From contig CAZBEQ010000001.1 of the NCBI GenBank assembly GCA_964490975.1, positions 27,917-91,916 on the forward strand: a DNA stretch of 64,000 nt, read 5' to 3'. Shown in pieces: positions 49,974-58,346 of this stretch. The notes beneath the pieces were generated by a model. The model was not told where the DNA came from and did not search any database. It saw only the letters and a list, made by a program, of their open reading frames with translations. This stretch comes from an uncultured Oscillospiraceae bacterium. GTDB taxonomy: Bacteria; Bacillota; Clostridia; Acetivibrionales; DTU013. Every line of letters starts with the position of its first letter. The first letter of the stretch is position 1. A program made the position numbers and the translations under genes.

Positions 49974-51692
49974 ATGAAGAAATACATTTTTACCAGCTTA
50001 AGGCCGGGAGAAGGTACAAACCCCTGTACCGATCATAGAATGAAGTCTCAAAAAGGAAGGGGAAGCTGCAACAGCGGTAAAGTGCGGCTGATCATTCCTG
50101 TTCTTGCAGCAGTGGTATTGATTTTATCAATAGCACTTGTTCTGTTTTTAGCCGGGAGAAAAGTAAAATACCCCAGTGAAACCAGAATCGAATTCCCGAC
50201 GATGACACCGCCCTGTGAAGTCATCACCTTAAACGCTCCACCCCCATCTCCCGTACCTCCTTTGGTTACAAAACTGTCCCAGCCAATGCCGGACATGTTT
50301 TATATCAAGCAGTATACGTTATATCACGCATCAGGGGCAGAATTCAAACCCAAAGGAGTTGTAACTGTTCCGGAATATGTAGATGATGCCTTTTTCATCC
50401 GAAGCAATGAGGCTGGCAATACGATTCTTTATCCACGAATCTTCACAGAGGGCTCTGCTCAGCCTTCTTCCGAGCTGTACTGCTGTGATTTAACCACTGA
50501 TAACTCCACCAGCTACAAGCTTGGCAAGGGAATACAACAAACAACCATCAGCCAGGATGGTTCCAAGGTAGCTTATATCGATCAAGAAGCACTTTATGTC
50601 TATGATTTCAATCAAACCAAAAAGCTGGCCGAAGACGTTGCCGAATTTTACATGGATAAAACAGGTAACAGCTTCCTTTATATCACAACAGATTCCCGCT
50701 TACTTTTGATGCAAGCAAATAAACCTGCGCAGGAAATCGACTCTGTTACATGTGTGGAGTATGTATCCAAAGATTTGAATACAATCCTCTATATCAAGCG
50801 GGAGATATCCGAAGATCTGAATACCGCCTTTTACACCCGGCAGGATACACTCTATCTGGTGAGGGATCGAAAAGCTCCTCAGAGGATTGATTCGGGGGTT
50901 CGGGCCATTCTCACGGGAAGTGTCTGTGAGGACGGGTCTTTCTACTATTTTAAGGATAGACCTCTGATGCACTCAGATTATGTTCATGATGATATGGCAG
51001 CAGCTGATGCCATACTCAGTCCGCCCGTACGGTCGGATTATCCGGATGCTGCCGGTTACTCCCTGGCCCTGCAGCAATTCAGTGAAAAAAGTAACAGGGA
51101 TGATATTCGACAAGCGCTTCAGGATTCAGAAGAAATCGAAAGGGTTTTAAACTCTTTATATTACTATAAAGATGGCAAGTCAACTGAAATCAGCGACTGC
51201 ATCAAGCAGGTATGGCCATATCCCTCCGAAAAAAAGCAGAATGATCCTCACAGCCTCTAGGAAAGGCCGTTTCTGGCCTACTCGGAGCTAAAACCGGAAA
51301 AGGTTAAAATTTCAGAGGTCAATAGTTATGAGGATATTACCACATATATCCGCGGTTCTCATCTCAGGGACGAGAATTATGTCTGCAGCGGTGCTGAAGT
51401 ACTCGGTAAATTTTTTGAGGGAACCATATATCAATTGCGTTATGATACAAAAAATTCTACGGTAAATTATATTGCCAACTATCGCGAACGAAAATATCTT
51501 GGCGATCTGCATGGTGTAACCATCAAGGACGCTAAGATATCTGAGAACCGGTTATATGCCGAAGATGTTTATTACGATGAGCCGGAGGATTTTTTTATCG
51601 CCGATTCAGTGGTGTATTTGACAAATGGAAACAACATAGCAGAGGATCAATGGCTGTTTGTAAACCAGGGAAAGATGGACAGCGGGGTCTAG
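49974..51692 (+). pseudogene. Membrane-anchored protein, paralogue of 51753-53366, interrupted by one in-frame TAG (51258-51260)
   Basis: Both parts (49974-51260 and 51261-51692) are in the same frame. The downstream part still aligns with the paralogue (GDLHGVTI with GDLFHVSI; GKMDSGV with GKMIDSGV). Confidence 0.6.
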
Positions 51693-51752
51693 CTTCCGGA
51701 AGCTAGCTAGTTGATGATTCGGAAATCAAGAGAGAATCAAAAGAGATAGAGA

Positions 51753-53366
51753 ATGGGGGTTCAAAGGTATCCTATGAGTGGAACAGAAGCTGAAAGTAAT
51801 CAAAGAAACCGCAGTAAAACACGCTTCTTATGGATCGGCATAACAGTGGTAGTCCTTATTGCAGCAGTTTGCAGCATCCTTCTGATGTCGAGGGCTTCGA
51901 AGCCTTTGTCTGCAGAAGAGAAGGTCCCGAACAATGTGTTCTATATGAAGGGAAAAGCGGTTTATCACACCTTTATTGACGAAATCAAACCTCAACAGGT
52001 GATTCCCGAATACGACTTTACCGGAGGTACGAAATTATACGTCAGTGGTGATGGGAAATGGCTGTTTTATCCAAGTGGCGAATGGGAGAATGCTAATCTT
52101 TTCAGGTGTTCGCTCCACAATGTGGAAGAGGGACGCCAAAAAATTGTTTCAAAGGCAGCCATGTTCACGACCAACTATGATGCAAGCAGATTGGTTTATC
52201 TGGCCGATCGGGTACTGTATGCCACTTTCGGAAAAGAAACGAAAGAGATTGCCGGCGAGGTGGAACGATACTTCACGAACCAGGAGTGTGATACGTTTCT
52301 ATACCTGACCACCGACCAAATTCTTTATTTTAAGAAGGGAAACCAGGAAGCCCGAAAGCTGGACGAAAATGTTTGGTTCAGGTATGTATCGCCGGATTTG
52401 AACACAATTTATTATGTACATGAGGGTACCCTGTACCTGGTCAAAAACGGAGAAACCCCGAAGAAAATACAGGATATAAACCCATACAGCCTGATTATTT
52501 GCGACAACGAGGATATTTACCTGTCAAACATGTCAGAAGGCGAAGCACCGCTGTTTCATTACTCCAAGGGGGTATCTACAGAGCTTATCCACAGGTTTAT
52601 CTATTATTTGAGCAATTTTGATTACGCTTTATATTATCCTTACCGAACGCTGAGGGTAAAGTCAGATCCTCCCGTCATTATGGCCGCAGATGTAAAAGGG
52701 GATGCTTACGTAATCAAAGGTTCCCAGGTAATCAAAAAAATCACCGGTGGTTATCTTACCAACGCTTTAGTGAGTCCTGATGGTCGTGAATTGTATTATA
52801 TGGCCATGTATGAAGACAGAGGCCTGGAGGGCGATCTGTTTCATGTCTCAATTGATGGAACTACTGTTTCTGGAAGCCGCAGAATTGATACAAATGTAAC
52901 GGGTTCTTTATACCTGGATAAACATTTTCTCTACTTTAAGAATGGAGAGGACTATCCTACTGTGGCAGATATGTATAAGGATGGCAAAATGATCGACAGC
53001 GGAGTTCTGACGTGGGGCATTCAATCCGTCGGGAATTCCGGCGCCTTCGTTTATCCTGTGAATTCGAAGGATTACATGAATGATGACCAGTATTATACCT
53101 GCGACACCATCATGCTGTATCAGGATGGCAACTCACGTAAGGTTTCCGACAATGTGATCGATTATATCATCTGCGGAGAAAGAATTGTTTATCTGTGGGT
53201 GGAGAATCTGGACGCAACGGAAGGAACGCTGCATCTTTATGATACCATCACTGGCAGTGATATCATTGTGGATACAGGTGTGAAGCAATTCGTGCGGCCC
53301 AAAAAGGATAGTGAAAGGGACAGTGAAATAAACTTGAAATACAGAATAGGGGATCACTACCCATGA
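51753..53366 (+). CDS. Membrane-anchored hypothetical protein (beta-propeller-like repeats?), paralogue of the upstream gene
   Basis: N-terminal TM helix. Segments shared with the upstream gene include FLY(L/I)TTD and S(P/K)DLNTI(Y/L)Y...(G/D)TLYLV. An alternative start at 51774 is possible. Confidence 0.6.
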   Translation: MGVQRYPMSGTEAESNQRNRSKTRFLWIGITVVVLIAAVCSILLMSRASKPLSAEEKVPNNVFYMKGKAVYHTFIDEIKPQQVIPEYDFTGGTKLYVSGDGKWLFYPSGEWENANLFRCSLHNVEEGRQKIVSKAAMFTTNYDASRLVYLADRVLYATFGKETKEIAGEVERYFTNQECDTFLYLTTDQILYFKKGNQEARKLDENVWFRYVSPDLNTIYYVHEGTLYLVKNGETPKKIQDINPYSLIICDNEDIYLSNMSEGEAPLFHYSKGVSTELIHRFIYYLSNFDYALYYPYRTLRVKSDPPVIMAADVKGDAYVIKGSQVIKKITGGYLTNALVSPDGRELYYMAMYEDRGLEGDLFHVSIDGTTVSGSRRIDTNVTGSLYLDKHFLYFKNGEDYPTVADMYKDGKMIDSGVLTWGIQSVGNSGAFVYPVNSKDYMNDDQYYTCDTIMLYQDGNSRKVSDNVIDYIICGERIVYLWVENLDATEGTLHLYDTITGSDIIVDTGVKQFVRPKKDSERDSEINLKYRIGDHYP

Positions 53367-53467
53367 AAACTGCAGAGATTACAACGGAAGGCTGAATGCC
53401 GGTTGTTTTTGGAAGAGCGTTACAGCATCTGACTGTAACGCTTTTTGCTTTTCGTACAGCAGATATA

Positions 53468-53496
53468 TTGACAAAGGTTGTATATACAATTATACT
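53468..53496 (+). promoter_or_regulatory. Sigma-A promoter with a 12-bp palindromic operator candidate (MarR site)
   Basis: TTGACA at 53468-53473, a 17-nt spacer, and TATACT at 53491-53496. The perfect palindrome ttgtatatacaa (53478-53489) lies in the spacer. Confidence 0.6.
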
Positions 53497-53534
53497 ATTT
53501 ACAACAGAGTTATTATTAAAGGCAGGTAAGGTTC

Positions 53535-53966
53535 ATGGAACAAGTTCGCTCGGGTGGATATCTGATATCAAAAATACATCAGTTGGCAGAAAGAATTTTT
53601 GCAAAGAAGCTAAAGGATTATAATATTCATGAGATAAACCCTGCACAAGGGAGAATACTATTTGCACTCTGGCAGGAAGATGATATTTCCATACAACAGT
53701 TATCAAAAAAGACAGCTTTGAGCAAATCCACACTGACGCGTATGCTTGACAGACTTGAAGAGGTCGGTCACATTCTTCGTGTATTCCCAAGCAATGATCG
53801 AAGAAAAGTGTTAATAAAGCTTACAGAAGAAAATAAGAGAATGAAAGCAGCATATCAGGAGGTATCCATTGATATGACAAAGCTGTTTTATAAAGGTTTT
53901 TCTGATGATGAGGTAAATGAATTTGAAAGTTATTTGAACAGAATTTATACGAACCTTACTGAGTAA
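53535..53966 (+). CDS. MarR family transcriptional regulator
   Basis: 143 aa with a winged HTH (ISIQQLSKKTALSKSTLTRMLDRLEEVGHILR...DRR). Confidence 0.85.
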   Translation: MEQVRSGGYLISKIHQLAERIFAKKLKDYNIHEINPAQGRILFALWQEDDISIQQLSKKTALSKSTLTRMLDRLEEVGHILRVFPSNDRRKVLIKLTEENKRMKAAYQEVSIDMTKLFYKGFSDDEVNEFESYLNRIYTNLTE

Positions 53967-54005
53967 GTGGATAATTAGTCTATTTTAAGAAAGGGGTAAA
54001 CAAAA

Positions 54006-54497
54006 ATGGCAAGTGAGAATGGACTTGACAATGCAATTAAGTCAGCAAAATTGTTTGCAGCAAGTGAGAAAGAGAAGTCAGATTTAGATGAGGTTTTAGC
54101 AGAATCGTTAGAACTGGTGGAATGTTGTACAAACGCAATGGTAGGTTCAAATGGTGATGACGGGTATCCAAATATTAAAGCGATGATCAAAGTAGAGGCT
54201 GAAGGGATAAAAACCATTTGGTTCAGTACGAATACTTCATCAAAACGAGTATCTCAGTTTAAACAGAACAAGAAGGCTTGTGTTTATTTTGTTAACGAGG
54301 ATAACTATAAAGGATTAATGCTAGTTGGAGATATAGAGGTGCTATCCGATATTGAGTCAAGAAAGCATCTTTGGAGTGAGGGCTGTGAAGTATACTATCC
54401 TCTGGGTATAGAAGATCCTGATTATTCTGTGCTGCGATTTACAGCAAAATGGGGTAATTATTACCATGGCTTGAAAAATGTAAGCTTTGATGTTTAG
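54006..54497 (+). CDS. Pyridoxamine 5'-phosphate oxidase family protein (general stress protein 26-like)
   Basis: 163 aa with a PNPOx-like split barrel pattern (ACVYF...YKGLMLVGDIEVL...LWSEG...Y). Confidence 0.65.
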   Translation: MASENGLDNAIKSAKLFAASEKEKSDLDEVLAESLELVECCTNAMVGSNGDDGYPNIKAMIKVEAEGIKTIWFSTNTSSKRVSQFKQNKKACVYFVNEDNYKGLMLVGDIEVLSDIESRKHLWSEGCEVYYPLGIEDPDYSVLRFTAKWGNYYHGLKNVSFDV

Positions 54498-54501
54498 ATA
54501 A

Positions 54502-54517
54502 CCGGGTGGCGCCTCCA
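54502..54517 (+). repeat. Third copy of the tRNA-Cys 3' end (16 nt)
   Basis: ccgggtggcgcctcca is identical to 24744-24759 and 49409-49424. Confidence 0.7.
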
Positions 54518-55018
54518 GAAAAGAATCCCTGAGAGTTTGAACATGATTTTCTGGATGAGAATGAGATCACTTTTTATAAAAACCGAAATAACAAGATGTA
54601 CATAAAGTGGACAGCGATATGTAATTCTCCGGGGATGGAACAGTTAAAAATCCATATCGATACCGGTATTGAGTTTCTCGGGTTTAATCTAAATAAAATG
54701 AATGAAGACTATATAAAAAAGAATATTCAATTTGACCTGAAAGGTTTATGCTTTTATGAACAAGATAAAGTGCTTTACTTAGTGCCGGAATAAATAAATT
54801 GATTGATCTGGGGGTTGATTTATGCAGGAGATTTTACATTTAAATGTCAAATATACGCTGAAGGACTTGAAGGAGTTCCCCCCTATATTGTTTGTCAACA
54901 TACTTCTCTAGGAATTAAAACTATTCCCTAGCTTTACCGCCATATTATGGGGCTCTATTTACCTCTTCTTTTGAGCTCGTATCTGGCCTCTGGGTTACAA
55001 TCAAGCTTCATTTAATAA

Positions 55019-55044
55019 TCTGGAGGCGCCACTAGGATTCGAAC
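55019..55044 (-). repeat. Inverted, diverged tRNA 3'-end remnant
   Basis: The reverse complement ttcgaatcctagtggcgcctcca(ga) compares with tccgaatccgggtggcgcctcca in tRNA-Cys. It forms a perfect 14-bp inverted repeat with 54506-54519. Confidence 0.65.
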
Positions 55045-55306
55045 TGAAGGACTCTTCTTCGGTAAAGTATTTTGCCGATGGATGTGTCCTATGGGCTTTA
55101 TCATGGAATTGATGCTCGGAAATAATAGTGATGAAAAACAGCTGCAGTTATATAACTACCATAAGCTAGGCTGTCCCATAGCTTGGGTAACTGGTTTCAT
55201 GAATAGATTCAGCTTGTTTAGGATTAAGAGGGATGCAAATAGTTGCTCAAAATGCCTTGCATGTGTGGAAAAGTGCCCGACAAAAAGCTTGAAATATAAA
55301 GCCTGA
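55019..55306 (+). pseudogene. 5'-truncated 4Fe-4S-binding (NapH/MauN-like) gene fragment
   Basis: The frame opens only at 55019. It contains FCRWMCPMG and CSKCLACVEKCP. No N-terminal half is present, and homology starts at the tRNA-like remnant. Confidence 0.6.
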
Positions 55307-55326
55307 TTAAAGTGTCATACATTAGG

Positions 55327-55350
55327 TAAAGGCTCCTGAGGGAGCCTTTA
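55327..55350. terminator. Bidirectional hairpin between convergent genes
   Basis: taaaggctcc pairs with ggagccttta across a 4-nt loop. Confidence 0.7.
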
Positions 55351-55356
55351 CTGATC

Positions 55357-56085
55357 TTAATTCTTTAATTTATCGACTAATTCCTGAAGCGGTTCCTTTA
55401 AAGTGCTGAACTCAACTCCTTTTGCCGTTGCATAGTCCTTTACTGTTCTACTGGTATCGGGCATCTTATCGTTTATGATATTTTCGATATCTTCCTTCTT
55501 TACGCCCCAATCCAGTAATACTTTAAAAGTCGTGCTGCCCTTGATGATCCCGTCTGTATTTTCAGTCCCGGAATTCACGGCTGCTGGCTCTGTATCCAGG
55601 GGTGTAACTGTATGGCTTTCCAGATATGTTAATTGTTCGTCGATAAGCTTTGCTTTACTTTTAAGAATACTTACAGCAGGTTTGGGCAAATATGTGGCAT
55701 TGTTTAGGGTTATAGGCAGTGATTTGTATAAAGAGACAAAAATCCTTACCGAATCGGTACCTACTTCTTTACCTTCTGCAGAGGATGCAGCATAGATTGC
55801 CTCAAGCTCTTTACACTGGAAGGCTTCATATTTGCTTTCATCTTTTACTGCAAACGCTTTTCCAAGATCCTCAAGAGGAATTCCGAATAATTCGCTTATT
55901 TCGCCAAAGGTATACGAACCTCTTATATCAGCCGGGTTATATTCACCTGCGAATTCTCCAGATGCATAACGAGCAGGTTCTTTTGTATTTACAGTGTTCC
56001 AGAGCCCCAGTACTGATGTGAGGGCTATCCCGCCAAAAATTATGATGAAAATGATCATAGCAATGTGTAATGTTTTTACCTTCAT
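55357..56085 (-). CDS. Membrane-anchored hypothetical protein, translationally coupled to the polyferredoxin
   Basis: N-terminal TM helix. Its start overlaps the upstream stop by 4 nt. Confidence 0.6.
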   Translation of the reverse strand: MKVKTLHIAMIIFIIIFGGIALTSVLGLWNTVNTKEPARYASGEFAGEYNPADIRGSYTFGEISELFGIPLEDLGKAFAVKDESKYEAFQCKELEAIYAASSAEGKEVGTDSVRIFVSLYKSLPITLNNATYLPKPAVSILKSKAKLIDEQLTYLESHTVTPLDTEPAAVNSGTENTDGIIKGSTTFKVLLDWGVKKEDIENIINDKMPDTSRTVKDYATAKGVEFSTLKEPLQELVDKLKN

Positions 56086-56948
56086 TTGCGAGCACCTCCC
56101 GCGCTGAAATTTACAGTATCATTGATGGGGCAAGCCGATTCACTGGTACATTTCATACAGCTTATACACTGATGATTTTTCACAGTATTTGACCCGGATA
56201 CCTTGATGTTCATGGGACAAGCTTTGTCACATGCTTTGCAGCTTATACAGGTTGGGGCATTGCGCCGTATCTTGAATATCCTTATCAAATTGAAAAGTCC
56301 GAGGAAGGCACCATAGGGACATGCGTACTTGCACCATGGACGTTCAATGACAAGTGAAAGCAGTATAGTTACTGCCAATATAATATATGCGGTCAGAGCT
56401 ACTTCACCTGTCCAGAAATTGAAAAGAGCGTAATAGGGGTCAATTCCCTGAAACATTAGCTTGGCAGTGGCAGCGGTATTGTAGAGGACTAGTCCGAGAA
56501 GGATATACCTGGTATAACGCAGATATTTATCAATTCCTGCAGGAATAATATTGTTGTAATGCTTTTTAAAAAGCTTACGGCCAATTTTACCAAGCCATTC
56601 CTGAAAGCTCCCGAAGGGACAAACCCAACCGCAGATCAGCGGACCGAAGCCGATGGCAAGAATAATGCTTATAGTCATTAGAATGAAAGAGGATTCGTGG
56701 ATCTTCTGGACAAAGGTTCCTGCAGTTAATAATTCATAGATGGAAACAACACCGCCAAAGGGGCAGATTGCGTGAAGGGATGCCTCAGATAGCAGGGGTA
56801 TTGCAAAGCCAGCCTCGGAGAGGCTTTTACTTATCGAGATCGACAGTACAAGTGCGAAGAAGAATATTTGCACAGCTAGTCTGATCCATGTATTTTTCTT
56901 CTTTGTTTTTGCTGAGGGCTTGGTTTGTGGTTTTATTTGTGTATCCAT
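56082..56948 (-). CDS. Membrane 4Fe-4S-binding protein (NapH/MauN/YccM-type polyferredoxin)
   Basis: Repeated CP.G motifs (CPFGG, CGWVCPFG, CKYACPYG) and two ferredoxin-type clusters (CISCKACDKACP, CISCMKC...CP). Confidence 0.8.
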   Translation of the reverse strand: MDTQIKPQTKPSAKTKKKNTWIRLAVQIFFFALVLSISISKSLSEAGFAIPLLSEASLHAICPFGGVVSIYELLTAGTFVQKIHESSFILMTISIILAIGFGPLICGWVCPFGSFQEWLGKIGRKLFKKHYNNIIPAGIDKYLRYTRYILLGLVLYNTAATAKLMFQGIDPYYALFNFWTGEVALTAYIILAVTILLSLVIERPWCKYACPYGAFLGLFNLIRIFKIRRNAPTCISCKACDKACPMNIKVSGSNTVKNHQCISCMKCTSESACPINDTVNFSAGGARK

Positions 56949-57349
56949 AAAATCGCGGCCTCCTTATTTGTCTAAATTATTGCGGAATGCATTTTCCTTT
57001 GAAGTTGATTAATCATTTCTTGCATTTTTAATATACATTTCATTTGTGATGAAAGTTTGATAGGACAATGAAAAAACAACGAAACAAAGTGTAGCCTATT
57101 ATAGAGATAAATCAATAGTTAAACTATACTATCTCAAAAGTCGGTGGACTCTTTTGATGGCTTAAGGATAATAGTACAGATTATGGATGTCAAGGAATAA
57201 GAGATAATTTACAACCAAGCCCTCCTGACACAATAGTAAGAATAGAAAATTATCAATACTATGGCATTGATTGACAAGTAATGGTATTATTAGATAATAA
57301 CTAATTATCTTGACAAGATAGTATTGGCATAACTGCCTGGAGGTCATGT

Positions 57350-58240
57350 ATGTACGACAACGAAATAGAGAAGCTAATCAGCAAAACTGCCATCTTTGAA
57401 AAGCTGTACCAGGATATCAGATTTGTCGATCCAGTGGCTAAGAAAGTACTGATTTATAAAGACAATATTGTGCATGAAATTGGTACGAAGTGCTTTGATT
57501 TCTGGCAAAAAAATATGGTTTGCAACAATTGCATATCTATGCGCGCATATCATGAAAACAAAACCTTTATGAAGGTAGAGCATACACCTGACAAAATATT
57601 TGTGGTGGTAGCTGTTCCATTTGAGCTTAACAACAGGCGAATAGTAATAGAGTTACTGAGTGATGCAACAAATAGCTTTATTTATGAAGATTTAGTTAAC
57701 AGAAATTCCAGTGAAGTCTATACAATGATAGATAACTTGAATAATCTTGCTTTAAGAGATCCATTGACCGGTATCTTTAACAGGCGGTACATAAATGATA
57801 AGCTTCCTATAGACATTTTGAATACTGCTCTGCTGGAACAGGAGATATCTGTTATCATGGCTGATATTGACTTTTTCAAAAAAGTCAATGATACCTATGG
57901 TCATCTGGCAGGAGATGAAGTACTGAAAAACTTTGCTTCTGCTCTTTCCGGCTGTATGAGAAGAGAAAGTGACTGGGTGGCGCGTTTCGGCGGAGAAGAA
58001 TTTTTGATTTGCCTGCCGGGTGCGGATTTGGAGAAGGCAAGGGAGACAGCGGAAAAAATGAGATCGAAAGTGGAAGCTGATGAAATCGAATGGAACGGCA
58101 ATAAAATAAAAATTACTTCAAGCTTTGGTATTTGCTCGGCTAGGCCGGCACAAGGGAGCAGCGCAGAAAGTTTGATAGATGCCGCAGACAAGAAGCTTTA
58201 TACAGCCAAGGCCAATGGAAGGAATAGGGTGGAGTACTGA
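57350..58240 (+). CDS. Diguanylate cyclase (GGDEF) with a Cys-containing N-terminal sensor domain
   Basis: GGEEF active site with an RxxD I-site (RESD) 5 residues upstream. The N-terminal part has C...CNNC. Confidence 0.85.
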   Translation: MYDNEIEKLISKTAIFEKLYQDIRFVDPVAKKVLIYKDNIVHEIGTKCFDFWQKNMVCNNCISMRAYHENKTFMKVEHTPDKIFVVVAVPFELNNRRIVIELLSDATNSFIYEDLVNRNSSEVYTMIDNLNNLALRDPLTGIFNRRYINDKLPIDILNTALLEQEISVIMADIDFFKKVNDTYGHLAGDEVLKNFASALSGCMRRESDWVARFGGEEFLICLPGADLEKARETAEKMRSKVEADEIEWNGNKIKITSSFGICSARPAQGSSAESLIDAADKKLYTAKANGRNRVEY

Positions 58241-58254
58241 GGTAAGCGACTTAT

Positions 58255-58297
58255 AGAGCACAAGGGGATCTTATACTTACAGATCCCCTTGTGCTCT
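58255..58297. terminator. Bidirectional terminator, perfect 17-bp stem
   Basis: agagcacaaggggatct pairs with agatccccttgtgctct, between convergent genes. Confidence 0.85.
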
Positions 58298-58346
58298 ACT
58301 TGTGTAAGGAGGTTGTATTATTGAAACACTGCTGATATAAGATAAT

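Larger units (their letters stand above)
49425..54517. mobile_element. Possible second, tandem tRNA-Cys-associated element (~5 kb, no recombinase)
   Basis: Bounded on the left by the tRNA-Cys partial copy and on the right by a third 16-nt copy of the tRNA-Cys 3' end (ccgggtggcgcctcca, 54502-54517). Confidence 0.45.

Noticed and set aside
51258-51260. TAG as pyrrolysine or recoded sense codon
   Set aside because: No pyl genes or suppressor tRNA appear in the window. Neighbouring genes terminate normally, and TAG also occurs in obviously decayed genes nearby. A nonsense mutation is the simpler explanation, but it is kept as a finding to check.
54596-54793. 65-aa ORF in the segment between the inverted tRNA-like remnants
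   Set aside because: It has no convincing RBS or recognisable family and lies in what looks like junk between breakpoints. It is not reported as a gene.
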